Positions 49,701 to 64,000 of a stretch of 64,000 bases of DNA are shown in pieces; the stretch's first letter is position 1, and the number at the start of each line of letters is the position of its first letter. The position numbers were made by a program, and so were the translations under genes. This DNA is from Macrostomum hystrix (Eukaryota > Animalia > Platyhelminthes). The stretch lies in NCBI GenBank assembly GCA_950097015.1, contig CATNEN010000003.1, forward strand, positions 1,426,001 to 1,490,000, given 5' to 3'. Under the pieces are notes generated by a model. The model was not told the DNA's origin. It made no database searches and saw nothing but the letters and a program-made list of their open reading frames with translations.

Positions 49701-52700
49701 AGGAGAGAATATTCAGGGACTCAGATGGTAGGAGAGAATATCCAGGGACTCAGATGGCAGGAGAGAATCTTCAGGGACTCAGATGGTAGGAGAATCTTCC
49801 GGGACTCAGATGGTAGGAGAGAATATTCAGGGACTCAGATGGTAGGAGAGAATATTCAGGGACTCAGATGGTAGGAGAGAATATTCAGGGACTCAGATGG
49901 TAGGAGAATATTCAGGGACTCAGATGGTAGGAGAATCTTCCGGGACTCAGATGGTAGGAGAGAACCTTCAGGGACTCAGATGGTAGGAGAGAATATTCAG
50001 GGACTCAGATGGTAGGAGAGAATATTCAGGGACTCAGATGGTAGGAGAGAATATCCAGGGACTCAGATGGCAGGAGAGAATCTTCAGGGACTCAGATGGT
50101 AGGAGAATCTTCCGGGACTCAGATGGTAGGAGAGAATATTCAGGGACTAAGATGGTAGGAGAGAATATTCAGGGACTCAGATGGTAGGAGAGAACCTTCA
50201 GGGACTCAGATGGTAGGAGAGAATCTTCAGGGACTCAAATGATAGGAGAGAACCTTCAGGGACTCAGATGGTAGGAGAGAATATTCAGGGACTCAGATGG
50301 TAGGAGAGAATATTCAGGGACTCAGATGGTAGGAGAGAATATCCAGGGACTCAGATGGCAGGAGAGAATCTTCAGGGACTCAGATGGTAGGAGAATCTTC
50401 CGGGACTCAGATGGTAGGAGAGAATATTCAGGGACTCAGATGGTAGGAGAGAATATTCAGGGACTCAGATGGTAGGAGAGAATCTTCAGGGACTCAGATG
50501 GTAGGAGAATATTCAGGGGCTCAGATGGTAGGAGAATCTTCCGGGACTCAGATGGTAGGAGAGAATATTCAGGGACATAGATGGTAGGAGAGAATATCCA
50601 GGGACTCAGATGGTAGGAGAGAACCTTCAGGGACTCAGATGGTAGGAGAATCTTCCGGGACTCAGATGGTAGGAGAGAACCTTCAGGGACTCAGATGGTA
50701 GGAGAGAATATTCAGGGACTCAGATGGTAGGAGAGAATATTCAGGGACTCAGATGGTAGGAGAGAATCTTCAGGGACTCAGATGGCAGGAGAGAATCTTC
50801 AGGGACTCATATGGTAGGAGAATCTTCCGGGACTCAGATGGTAGGAGAGAATATTCAGGGACTCAGATGGTAGGAGAGAATATTCAGGGACTCAGATGGT
50901 AGGAGATAATATTCAGGGACTCAGATGGTAGGAGAGAACCTTCAGGGACTCAGATGGTAGGAGAGAATATTCAGGGACTCAGATGGTAGGAGAGAATATT
51001 CAGGGACTCACATGGTAGGAGAGAACCTTCAGGGACTCAGATGGTAGGAGAATCTTCCGGGACTCAGATGGTAGGAGAATCTTCCGGGACTCAGATGGTA
51101 GGAGAGAATATTCAGGGACATAGATGGTAGGAGAGAATATTCAGGGACTCAGATGCTAGGAGAGAACCTTCAGGGACTCAAATGATAGGAGAGAACCTTC
51201 AGGGACTCAGATGGTAGGAGAGAATATTCAGGGACTCAGATGGTAGGAGAGAATCTTCAGGGACTCAAATGATAGGAGAGAACCTTCAGGGACTCAGATG
51301 GTAGGAGAGAATCTTCAGGGACTCAAATGATAGGAGAGAACCTTCAGGGACTCAGATGGTAGGAGAGAATATTCAGGGACTCAGATGGTAGGAGAGAATA
51401 TTCAGGGACTCAGATGGTAGGAGAGAATATCCAGGGACTCAGATGGCAGGAGAGAATCTTCAGGGACTCAGATGGTAGGAGAATCTTCCGGGACTCAGAT
51501 GGTAGGAGAGAATATTCAGGGACTCAGATGGTAGGAGAGAACCTTCAGGGACTCAGATGGTAGGAGAGAATCTTCAGGGACTCAAATGATAGGAGAGAAC
51601 CTTCAGGGACTCAGATGGTAGGAGAGAATATTCAGGGACTCAGATGGTAGGAGAGAATATTCAGGGACTCAGATGGTAGGAGAGAATATCCAGGGACTCA
51701 GATGGCAGGAGAGAATCTTCAGGGACTCAGATGGTAGGAGAATCTTCCGGGACTCAGATGGTAGGAGAGAATATTCAGGGACTCAGATGGTAGGAGAGAA
51801 CCTTCAGGGACTCAGATGGCAGGAGAGAATCTTCAGGGACTCAGATGGTAGGAGAATCTTCCGGGACTCAGATGGTAGGAGAGAATATTCAGGGACTCAG
51901 ATGGTAGGAGAGAATATTCAGGGACTCAGATGGTAGGAGAGAATATTCAGGGACTCAGATGGTAGGAGAGAATATTCAGGGACTCAGATGGTAGGAGAGA
52001 ACCTTCAGGGACTCAGATGGTAGGAGAGAATATTCAGGGACTCAGATGGTAGGAGAGAATATTCAGGGACTCACATGGTAGGAGAGAACCTTCAGGGACT
52101 CAGATGGTAGGAGAATCTTCCGGGACTCAGATGGTAGGAGAATCTTCCGGGACTCAGATGGTAGGAGAGAATATTCAGGGACATAGATGGTAGGAGAGAA
52201 TATTCAGGGACTCAGATGCTAGGAGAGAACCTTCAGGGACTCAAATGATAGGAGAGAACCTTCAGGGACTCAGATGGTAGGAGAGAATATTCAGGGACTC
52301 AGATGGTAGGAGAGAATCTTCAGGGACTCAAATGATAGGAGAGAACCTTCAGGGACTCAGATGGTAGGAGAGAATCTTCAGGGACTCAAATGATAGGAGA
52401 GAACCTTCAGGGACTCAGATGGTAGGAGAGAATATTCAGGGACTCAGATGGTAGGAGAGAATATTCAGGGACTCAGATGGTAGGAGAGAATATCCAGGGA
52501 CTCAGATGGCAGGAGAGAATCTTCAGGGACTCAGATGGTAGGAGAATCTTCCGGGACTCAGATGGTAGGAGAGAATATTCAGGGACTCAGATGGTAGGAG
52601 AGAACCTTCAGGGACTCAGATGGTAGGAGAGAATCTTCAGGGACTCAAATGATAGGAGAGAACCTTCAGGGACTCAGATGGTAGGAGAGAATATTCAGGG

Positions 52701-55700
52701 ACTCAGATGGTAGGAGAGAATATTCAGGGACTCAGATGGTAGGAGAGAATATCCAGGGACTCAGATGGCAGGAGAGAATCTTCAGGGACTCAGATGGTAG
52801 GAGAATCTTCCGGGACTCAGATGGTAGGAGAGAATATTCAGGGACTCAGATGGTAGGAGAGAACCTTCAGGGACTCAGATGGCAGGAGAGAATCTTCAGG
52901 GACTCAGATGGTAGGAGAATCTTCCGGGACTCAGATGGTAGGAGAGAATATTCAGGGACTCAGATGGTAGGAGAGAATATTCAGGGACTCAGATGGTAGG
53001 AGAGAATATTCAGGGACTCAGATGGTAGGAGAGAATATTCAGGGACTCAGATGGTAGGAGAGAACCTTCAGGGACTCAGATGGTAGGAGAGAATATTCAG
53101 GGACTCAGATGGTAGGAGAGAATATTCAGGGACTCAGATGGTAGGAGAGAACCTTCAGGGACTCAGATGGTAGGAGAGAATATTCAGGGACTCAGATGGT
53201 AGGAGAATCTTCCGGGACTCAGATGGTAGGAGAGAACCTTCAGGGACTCAGATGGTAGGAGAGAATATTCAGGGACTCAGATGGTAGGAGAATCTTCCGG
53301 GACCCAGATGGTAGGAGAATCTTCCGGGACTCAGATGGTAGGAGAGAATATTCAGGGACTCAGATGGTAGGAGAGAATATTCAGGGACTCAGATGGTAGG
53401 AGAGAACCTTCAGGGACTCAGATGGTAGGAGAGAACCTTCAGGGACTCAAATGATAGGAGAGAACCTTCAGGGACTCAGATGGTAGGAGAGAATATTCAG
53501 GGACTCAGATGGTAGGAGAGAATATTCAGGGACTCAGATGGTAGGAGAGAATATTCAGGGACTCAGATGGTAGGAGAGAATATCCAGGGACTCAGATGGC
53601 AGGAGAGAATCTTCAGGGACTCAGATGGTAGGAGAGAATATTCAGGGACTCAGATGGTAGGAGAATATTCAGGGACTCAGATGGTAGGAGAGAACCTTCA
53701 GGGACTCAGATGGTAGGAGAATCTTCCGGGACTCAGATAGTAGGAGAGAACCTTCAGGGACTCAGATGGTAGGAGAGAATATTCAGGGACTCAGATGGTA
53801 GGAGAATCTTCCGGGACTCAGATGGTAGGAGAATCTTCCGGGACTCAGATGGTAGGAGAGAATATTCAGGGACATAGATGGTAGGAGAGAATATTCAGGG
53901 ACTCAGATGGTAGGAGAGAACCTTCAGGGACTCAAATGATAGGAGAGAACCTTCAGGGACTCAGATGGTAGGAGAGAATATTCAGGGACTCAGATGGTAG
54001 GAGAGAATCTTCAGGGACTCAGATGGCAGGAGAGAATCTTCAGGGACTCAGATGGTAGGAGAATATTCAGGGACTCAGATGGTAGGAGAATCTTCCGGGA
54101 CTCAGATGGTAGGAGAGAATATTCAGGGACTCAGATGGTAGGAGAGAATATTCAGGGACTCAGATGGTAGGAGAGAATATCCAGGGACTCAGATAGTAGG
54201 AGAGAATCTTCAGGGACTCAGATGGTAGGAGAGAACCTTCAGGGACTCAGATGGTAGGAGAGAATATTCAGGGACTCAGATGGTAGGAGAGAATATTCAG
54301 GGACTCAGATGGTAGGAGAGAATATCCAGGGACTCAGATGGCAGGAGAGAATCTTCAGGGACTCAGATGGTAGGAGAATCTTCCGGGACTCAGATGGTAG
54401 GAGAGAATATTCAGGGACTCAGATGGTAGGAGAGAATATTCAGGGACTCAGATGGTAGGAGAGAATATTCAGGGACTCAGATGGTAGGAGAATATTCAGG
54501 GACTCAGATGGTAGGAGAATCTTCCGGGACTCAGATGGTAGGAGAGAACCTTCAGGGACTCAGATGGTAGGAGAGAATATTCAGGGACTCAGATGGTAGG
54601 AGAGAATATTCAGGGACTCAGATGGTAGGAGAGAATATCCAGGGACTCAGATGGCAGGAGAGAATCTTCAGGGACTCAGATGGTAGGAGAATCTTCCGGG
54701 ACTCAGATGGTAGGAGAGAACCTTCAGGGACTCAGATGGTAGGAGAGAATATTCAGGGACTCAGATGGTAGGAGAGAACCTTCAGGGACTCAGATGGTAG
54801 GAGAGAATCTTCAGGGACTCAAATGATAGGAGAGAACCTTCAGGGACTCAGATGGTAGGAGAGAATATTCAGGGACTCAGATGGTAGGAGAGAATATTCA
54901 GGGACTCAGATGGTAGGAGAGAATATCCAGGGACTCAGATGGCAGGAGAGAATCTTCAGGGACTCAGATGGTAGGAGAATCTTCCGGGACTCAGATGGTA
55001 GGAGAGAATATTCAGGGACTCAGATGGTAGGAGAGAATATTCAGGGACTCAGATGGTAGGAGAGAATCTTCAGGGACTCAGATGGTAGGAGAATATTCAG
55101 GGGCTCAGATGGTAGGAGAATCTTCCGGGACTCAGATGGTAGGAGAGAATATTCAGGGACATAGATGGTAGGAGAGAATATCCAGGGACTCAGATGGTAG
55201 GAGAGAACCTTCAGGGACTCAGATGGTAGGAGAATCTTCCGGGACTCAGATGGTAGGAGAGAACCTTCAGGGACTCAGATGGTAGGAGAGAATATTCAGG
55301 GACTCAGATGGTAGGAGAGAATATTCAGGGACTCAGATGGTAGGAGAGAATCTTCAGGGACTCAGATGGCAGGAGAGAATCTTCAGGGACTCATATGGTA
55401 GGAGAATCTTCCGGGACTCAGATGGTAGGAGAGAATATTCAGGGACTCAGATGGTAGGAGAGAATATTCAGGGACTCAGATGGTAGGAGATAATATTCAG
55501 GGACTCAGATGGTAGGAGAGAACCTTCAGGGACTCAGATGGTAGGAGAGAATATTCAGGGACTCAGATGGTAGGAGAGAATATTCAGGGACTCACATGGT
55601 AGGAGAGAACCTTCAGGGACTCAGATGGTAGGAGAATCTTCCGGGACTCAGATGGTAGGAGAATCTTCCGGGACTCAGATGGTAGGAGAGAATATTCAGG

Positions 55701-58700
55701 GACATAGATGGTAGGAGAGAATATTCAGGGACTCAGATGCTAGGAGAGAACCTTCAGGGACTCAAATGATAGGAGAGAACCTTCAGGGACTCAGATGGTA
55801 GGAGAGAACCTTCAGGGACTCAGATGGTAGGAGAGAATCTTCAGGGACTCAAATGATAGGAGAGAACCTTCAGGGACTCAGATGGTAGGAGAGAATATTC
55901 AGGGACTCAGATGGTAGGAGAGAATATTCAGGGACTCAGATGGTAGGAGAGAATATCCAGGGACTCAGATGGCAGGAGAGAATCTTCAGGGACTCAGATG
56001 GTAGGAGAATCTTCCGGGACTCAGATGGTAGGAGAGAATATTCAGGGACTCAGATGGTAGGAGAGAATATCCAGGGACTCAGATGGCAGGAGAGAATCTT
56101 CAGGGACTCATATGGTAGGAGAATCTTCCGGGACTCAGATGGTAGGAGAGAATATTCAGGGACTCAGATGGTAGGAGAGAATATTCAGGGACTCAGATGG
56201 TAGGAGATAATATTCAGGGACTCAGATGGTAGGAGAGAACCTTCAGGGACTCAGATGGTAGGAGAGAATATTCAGGGACTCAGATGGTAGGAGAGAATAT
56301 TCAGGGACTCAGATGGTAGGAGAGAACCTTCAGGGACTCAGATGGTAGGAGAATCTTCCGGGACTCAGATGGTAGGAGAATCTTCCGGGACTCAGATGGT
56401 AGGAGAGAATATTCAGGGACATAGATGGTAGGAGAGAATATTCAGGGACTCAGATGCTAGGAGAGAACCTTCAGGGACTCAAATGATAGGAGAGAACCTT
56501 CAGGGACTCAGATGGTAGGAGAGAATATTCAGGGACTCAGATGGTAGGAGAGAATCTTCAGGGACTCAAATGATAGGAGAGAACCTTCAGGGACTCAGAT
56601 GGTAGGAGAGAATCTTCAGGGACTCAAATGATAGGAGAGAACCTTCAGGGACTCAGATGGTAGGAGAGAATATTCAGGGACTCAGATGGTAGGAGAGAAT
56701 ATTCAGGGACTCAGATGGTAGGAGAGAATATCCAGGGACTCAGATGGCAGGAGAGAATCTTCAGGGACTCAGATGGTAGGAGAATCTTCCGGGACTCAGA
56801 TGGTAGGAGAGAATATTCAGGGACTCAGATGGTAGGAGAGAACCTTCAGGGACTCAGATGGTAGGAGAGAATCTTCAGGGACTCAAATGATAGGAGAGAA
56901 CCTTCAGGGACTCAGATGGTAGGAGAGAATATTCAGGGACTCAGATGGTAGGAGAGAATATTCAGGGACTCAGATGGTAGGAGAGAATATCCAGGGACTC
57001 AGATGGCAGGAGAGAATCTTCAGGGACTCAGATGGTAGGAGAATCTTCCGGGACTCAGATGGTAGGAGAGAATATTCAGGGACTCAGATGGTAGGAGAGA
57101 ATATTCAGGGACTCAGATGGTAGGAGAGAACCTTCAGGGACTCAGATGGTAGGAGAATCTTCCGGGACTCAGATAGTAGGAGAGAACCTTCAGGGACTCA
57201 GATGGTAGGAGAGAATATTCAGGGACTCAGATGGTAGGAGAATCTTCCGGGACTCAGATGGTAGGAGAATCTTCCGGGACTCAGATGGTAGGAGAGAATA
57301 TTCAGGGACATAGATGGTAGGAGAGAATATTCAGGGACTCAGATGGTAGGAGAGAACCTTCAGGGACTCAAATGATAGGAGAGAACCTTCAGGGACTCAG
57401 ATGGTAGGAGAGAATATTCAGGGACTCAGATGGTAGGAGAGAATCTTCAGGGACTCAGATGGCAGGAGAGAATCTTCAGGGACTCAGATGGTAGGAGAAT
57501 ATTCAGGGACTCAGATGGTAGGAGAATCTTCCGGGACTCAGATGGTAGGAGAGAATATTCAGGGACTCAGATGGTAGGAGAGAATATTCAGGGACTCAGA
57601 TGGTAGGAGAGAATATCCAGGGACTCAGATAGTAGGAGAGAATCTTCAGGGACTCAGATGGTAGGAGAGAACCTTCAGGGACTCAGATGGTAGGAGAGAA
57701 TATTCAGGGACTCAGATGGTAGGAGAGAATATTCAGGGACTCAGATGGTAGGAGAGAATATCCAGGGACTCAGATGGTAGGAGAGAATATTCAGGGACTC
57801 AGATGGTAGGAGAGAATATTCAGGGACTCAGATGGTAGGAGAGAATATTCAGGGACTCAGATGGTAGGAGAATATTCAGGGACTCAGATGGTAGGAGAAT
57901 CTTCCGGGACTCAGATGGTAGGAGAGAACCTTCAGGGACTCAGATGGTAGGAGAGAATATTCAGGGACTCAGATGGTAGGAGAGAATATTCAGGGACTCA
58001 GATGGTAGGAGAGAATATCCAGGGACTCAGATGGCAGGAGAGAATCTTCAGGGACTCAGATGGTAGGAGAATCTTCCGGGACTCAGATGGTAGGAGAGAA
58101 TATTCAGGGACTAAGATGGTAGGAGAGAATATTCAGGGACTCAGATGGTAGGAGAGAACCTTCAGGGACTCAGATGGTAGGAGAGAATCTTCAGGGACTC
58201 AAATGATAGGAGAGAACCTTCAGGGACTCAGATGGTAGGAGAGAATATTCAGGGACTCAGATGGTAGGAGAGAATATTCAGGGACTCAGATGGTAGGAGA
58301 GAATATCCAGGGACTCAGATGGCAGGAGAGAATCTTCAGGGACTCAGATGGTAGGAGAATCTTCCGGGACTCAGATGGTAGGAGAGAATATTCAGGGACT
58401 CAGATGGTAGGAGAGAATATTCAGGGACTCAGATGGTAGGAGAGAATCTTCAGGGACTCAGATGGTAGGAGAATATTCAGGGGCTCAGATGGTAGGAGAA
58501 TCTTCCGGGACTCAGATGGTAGGAGAGAATATTCAGGGACATAGATGGTAGGAGAGAATATCCAGGGACTCAGATGGTAGGAGAGAACCTTCAGGGACTC
58601 AGATGGTAGGAGAATCTTCCGGGACTCAGATGGTAGGAGAGAACCTTCAGGGACTCAGATGGTAGGAGAGAATATTCAGGGACTCAGATGGTAGGAGAGA

Positions 58701-61700
58701 ATATTCAGGGACTCAGATGGTAGGAGAGAATCTTCAGGGACTCAGATGGCAGGAGAGAATCTTCAGGGACTCATATGGTAGGAGAATCTTCCGGGACTCA
58801 GATGGTAGGAGAGAATATTCAGGGACTCAGATGGTAGGAGAGAATATTCAGGGACTCAGATGGTAGGAGATAATATTCAGGGACTCAGATGGTAGGAGAG
58901 AACCTTCAGGGACTCAGATGGTAGGAGAGAATATTCAGGGACTCAGATGGTAGGAGAGAATATTCAGGGACTCACATGGTAGGAGAGAACCTTCAGGGAC
59001 TCAGATGGTAGGAGAATCTTCCGGGACTCAGATGGTAGGAGAATCTTCCGGGACTCAGATGGTAGGAGAGAATATTCAGGGACATAGATGGTAGGAGAGA
59101 ATATTCAGGGACTCAGATGCTAGGAGAGAACCTTCAGGGACTCAAATGATAGGAGAGAACCTTCAGGGACTCAGATGGTAGGAGAGAATATTCAGGGACT
59201 CAGATGGTAGGAGAGAATCTTCAGGGACTCAAATGATAGGAGAGAACCTTCAGGGACTCAGATGGTAGGAGAGAATCTTCAGGGACTCAAATGATAGGAG
59301 AGAACCTTCAGGGACTCAGATGGTAGGAGAGAATATTCAGGGACTCAGATGGTAGGAGAGAATATTCAGGGACTCAGATGGTAGGAGAGAATATCCAGGG
59401 ACTCAGATGGCAGGAGAGAATCTTCAGGGACTCAGATGGTAGGAGAATCTTCCGGGACTCAGATGGTAGGAGAGAATATTCAGGGACTCAGATGGTAGGA
59501 GAGAACCTTCAGGGACTCAGATGGTAGGAGAGAATCTTCAGGGACTCAAATGATAGGAGAGAACCTTCAGGGACTCAGATGGTAGGAGAGAATATTCAGG
59601 GACTCAGATGGTAGGAGAGAATATTCAGGGACTCAGATGGTAGGAGAGAATATCCAGGGACTCAGATGGCAGGAGAGAATCTTCAGGGACTCAGATGGTA
59701 GGAGAATCTTCCGGGACTCAGATGGTAGGAGAGAATATTCAGGGACTCAGATGGTAGGAGAGAATATTCAGGGACTCAGATGGTAGGAGAGAATATTCAG
59801 GGACTCAGATGGTAGGAGAGAATATTCAGGGACTCAGATGGTAGGAGAGAACCTTCAGGGACTCAGATGGTAGGAGAGAATATTCAGGGACTCAGATGGT
59901 AGGAGAGAATATTCAGGGACTCAGATGGCAGGAGAGAATCTTCAGGGACTCAGATGGTAGGAGAATCTTCCGGGACTCAGATGGTAGGAGAGAATATTCA
60001 GGGACTCAGATGGTAGGAGAGAACCTTCAGGGACTCAGATGGTAGGAGAGAATCTTCAGGGACTCAAATGATAGGAGAGAACCTTCAGGGACTCAGATGG
60101 TAGGAGAGAATATTCAGGGACTCAGATGGTAGGAGAGAATATTCAGGGACTCAGATGGTAGGAGAGAATATCCAGGGACTCAGATGGCAGGAGAGAATCT
60201 TCAGGGACTCAGATGGTAGGAGAATCTTCCGGGACTCAGATGGTAGGAGAGAATATTCAGGGACTCAGATGGTAGGAGAGAATATTCAGGGACTCAGATG
60301 GTAGGAGAGAATATTCAGGGACTCAGATGGTAGGAGAGAATATTCAGGGACTCAGATGGTAGGAGAGAACCTTCAGGGACTCAGATGGTAGGAGAGAATA
60401 TTCAGGGACTCAGATGGTAGGAGAGAATATTCAGGGACTCAGATGGTAGGAGAGAACCTTCAGGGACTCAGATGGTAGGAGAGAATATTCAGGGACTCAG
60501 ATGGTAGGAGAATCTTCCGGGACTCAGATGGTAGGAGAGAACCTTCAGGGACTCAGATGGTAGGAGAGAATATTCAGGGACTCAGATGGTAGGAGAATCT
60601 TCCGGGACCCAGATGGTAGGAGAATCTTCCGGGACTCAGATGGTAGGAGAGAATATTCAGGGACTCAGATGGTAGGAGAGAATATTCAGGGACTCAGATG
60701 GTAGGAGAGAACCTTCAGGGACTCAGATGGTAGGAGAGAACCTTCAGGGACTCAAATGATAGGAGAGAACCTTCAGGGACTCAGATGGTAGGAGAGAATA
60801 TTCAGGGACTCAGATGGTAGGAGAGAATATTCAGGGACTCAGATGGTAGGAGAGAATATTCAGGGACTCAGATGGTAGGAGAGAATATCCAGGGACTCAG
60901 ATGGCAGGAGAGAATCTTCAGGGACTCAGATGGTAGGAGAGAATATTCAGGGACTCAGATGGTAGGAGAATATTCAGGGACTCAGATGGTAGGAGAGAAC
61001 CTTCAGGGACTCAGATGGTAGGAGAATCTTCCGGGACTCAGATAGTAGGAGAGAACCTTCAGGGACTCAGATGGTAGGAGAGAATATTCAGGGACTCAGA
61101 TGGTAGGAGAATCTTCCGGGACTCAGATGGTAGGAGAATCTTCCGGGACTCAGATGGTAGGAGAGAATATTCAGGGACATAGATGGTAGGAGAGAATATT
61201 CAGGGACTCAGATGGTAGGAGAGAACCTTCAGGGACTCAAATGATAGGAGAGAACCTTCAGGGACTCAGATGGTAGGAGAGAATATTCAGGGACTCAGAT
61301 GGTAGGAGAGAATATCCAGGGACTCAGATGGCAGGAGAGAATCTTCAGGGACTCAGATGGTAGGAGAATCTTCCGGGACTCAGATGGTAGGAGAGAATAT
61401 TCAGGGACTCAGATGGTAGGAGAGAACCTTCAGGGACTCAGATGGTAGGAGAGAATCTTCAGGGACTCAAATGATAGGAGAGAACCTTCAGGGACTCAGA
61501 TGGTAGGAGAGAATATTCAGGGACTCAGATGGTAGGAGAGAATATTCAGGGACTCAGATGGTAGGAGAGAATATCCAGGGACTCAGATGGCAGGAGAGAA
61601 TCTTCAGGGACTCAGATGGTAGGAGAATCTTCCGGGACTCAGATGGTAGGAGAGAATATTCAGGGACTCAGATGGTAGGAGAGAATATTCAGGGACTCAG

Positions 61701-64000
61701 ATGGTAGGAGAGAATATTCAGGGACTCAGATGGTAGGAGAGAATATTCAGGGACTCAGATGGTAGGAGAGAACCTTCAGGGACTCAGATGGTAGGAGAGA
61801 ATATTCAGGGACTCAGATGGTAGGAGAGAATATTCAGGGACTCAGATGGCAGGAGAGAATCTTCAGGGACTCAGATGGTAGGAGAATCTTCCGGGACTCA
61901 GATGGTAGGAGAGAATATTCAGGGACTCAGATGGTAGGAGAGAACCTTCAGGGACTCAGATGGTAGGAGAGAATCTTCAGGGACTCAAATGATAGGAGAG
62001 AACCTTCAGGGACTCAGATGGTAGGAGAGAATATTCAGGGACTCAGATGGTAGGAGAGAATATCCAGGGACTCAGATGGCAGGAGAGAATCTTCAGGGAC
62101 TCAGATGGTAGGAGAATCTTCCGGGACTCAGATGGTAGGAGAGAATATTCAGGGACTCAGATGGTAGGAGAGAATATTCAGGGACTCAGATGGTAGGAGA
62201 GAATATTCAGGGACTCAGATGGTAGGAGAGAATATTCAGGGACTCAGATGGTAGGAGAGAACCTTCAGGGACTCAGATGGTAGGAGAGAATATTCAGGGA
62301 CTCAGATGGTAGGAGAGAATATTCAGGGACTCAGATGGTAGGAGAGAACCTTCAGGGACTCAGATGGTAGGAGAGAATATTCAGGGACTCAGATGGTAGG
62401 AGAATCTTCCGGGACTCAGATGGTAGGAGAGAACCTTCAGGGACTCAGATGGTAGGAGAGAATATTCAGGGACTCAGATGGTAGGAGAATCTTCCGGGAC
62501 CCAGATGGTAGGAGAATCTTCCGGGACTCAGATGGTAGGAGAGAATATTCAGGGACTCAGATGGTAGGAGAGAATATTCAGGGACTCAGATGGTAGGAGA
62601 GAACCTTCAGGGACTCAGATGGTAGGAGAGAACCTTCAGGGACTCAAATGATAGGAGAGAACCTTCAGGGACTCAGATGGTAGGAGAGAATATTCAGGGA
62701 CTCAGATGGTAGGAGAGAATATTCAGGGACTCAGATGGTAGGAGAGAATATTCAGGGACTCAGATGGTAGGAGAGAATATCCAGGGACTCAGATGGCAGG
62801 AGAGAATCTTCAGGGACTCAGATGGTAGGAGAGAATATTCAGGGACTCAGATGGTAGGAGAATATTCAGGGACTCAGATGGTAGGAGAGAACCTTCAGGG
62901 ACTCAGATGGTAGGAGAATCTTCCGGGACTCAGATAGTAGGAGAGAACCTTCAGGGACTCAGATGGTAGGAGAGAATATTCAGGGACTCAGATGGTAGGA
63001 GAATCTTCCGGGACTCAGATGGTAGGAGAATCTTCCGGGACTCAGATGGTAGGAGAGAATATTCAGGGACATAGATGGTAGGAGAGAATATTCAGGGACT
63101 CAGATGGTAGGAGAGAACCTTCAGGGACTCAAATGATAGGAGAGAACCTTCAGGGACTCAGATGGTAGGAGAGAATATTCAGGGACTCAGATGGTAGGAG
63201 AGAATCTTCAGGGACTCAGATGGCAGGAGAGAATCTTCAGGGACTCAGATGGTAGGAGAATATTCAGGGACTCAGATGGTAGGAGAATCTTCCGGGACTC
63301 AGATGGTAGGAGAGAATATTCAGGGACTCAGATGGTAGGAGAGAATATTCAGGGACTCAGATGGTAGGAGAGAATATCCAGGGACTCAGATAGTAGGAGA
63401 GAATCTTCAGGGACTCAGATGGTAGGAGAGAACCTTCAGGGACTCAGATGGTAGGAGAGAATATTCAGGGACTCAGATGGTAGGAGAGAATATTCAGGGA
63501 CTCAGATGGTAGGAGAGAATATCCAGGGACTCAGATGGCAGGAGAGAATCTTCAGGGACTCAGATGGTAGGAGAATCTTCCGGGACTCAGATGGTAGGAG
63601 AGAATATTCAGGGACTCAGATGGTAGGAGAGAATATTCAGGGACTCAGATGGTAGGAGAGAATATTCAGGGACTCAGATGGTAGGAGAATATTCAGGGAC
63701 TCAGATGGTAGGAGAATCTTCCGGGACTCAGATGGTAGGAGAGAACCTTCAGGGACTCAGATGGTAGGAGAGAATATTCAGGGACTCAGATGGTAGGAGA
63801 GAATATTCAGGGACTCAGATGGTAGGAGAGAATATCCAGGGACTCAGATGGCAGGAGAGAATCTTCAGGGACTCAGATGGTAGGAGAATCTTCCGGGACT
63901 CAGATGGTAGGAGAGAACCTTCAGGGACTCAGATGGTAGGAGAGAATATTCAGGGACTCAGATGGTAGGAGAGAATATTCAGGGACTCAGATGGTAGGAG
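43781..64000. repeat. Satellite array >20 kb; 29-bp unit GGGACTCAGATGGTAGGAGAGAATATTCA with a 27-bp variant, ~700 units, runs off the window
   Basis: Seen directly. Confidence 0.98.

Noticed and set aside
51673-56203. 87-aa ORFs in the satellite
   Set aside because: Chance open frames in the 29/27-bp repeat.

Overview
Eukaryotic, intron-containing animal DNA, very rich in repeats. The short GT-AG introns and dense minisatellites resemble a free-living flatworm such as Macrostomum (inference only). Most track ORFs are repeat translations or single exons, so I assembled gene models by hand from splice sites and codon phase. (1) A 12-exon minus-strand gene (43397->29104, ~635-638 aa) encodes a type-I membrane protein: signal peptide, discoidin/FA58C-like region, three atypical Ig-like domains, TM, Tyr-rich tail. 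A 5'-truncated duplicate lies at 10537->6920. (2) Inside its ~8.8 kb intron 7, on the same strand, is an intronless 90-aa prepropeptide gene (39428->39156; identical-protein copy at 12646->12374). It has a signal peptide, an acidic propiece, a KK site and an Arg/Trp-rich cationic peptide ending in GK, which is classic antimicrobial-peptide precursor architecture. (3) A 5-exon family of CUB-like + degenerate C-type-lectin-like type-I receptors has two types (A: 75-1860 +, 18135-19929 -; B: 3888-5442 +, frameshifted 22137-23714 +, fragment 25841-26383). The types share almost identical exons 2-3 but have strongly divergent signal peptide, exon 4, TM and tail. Together these look like a rapidly rearranging innate-immunity cluster. 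It was built by an inverted duplication (1-3.7 kb vs 16.1-20.0 kb), a direct segmental duplication (2.1-13.0 kb vs 21.1-39.8 kb) and a 2.67 kb tandem duplication. Also present: a Helitron with exact ends and an empty site, a hAT-type MITE nested in it, tRNA-derived SINEs, about nine minisatellite families, and a >20 kb 29/27-bp satellite filling the last third of the window.
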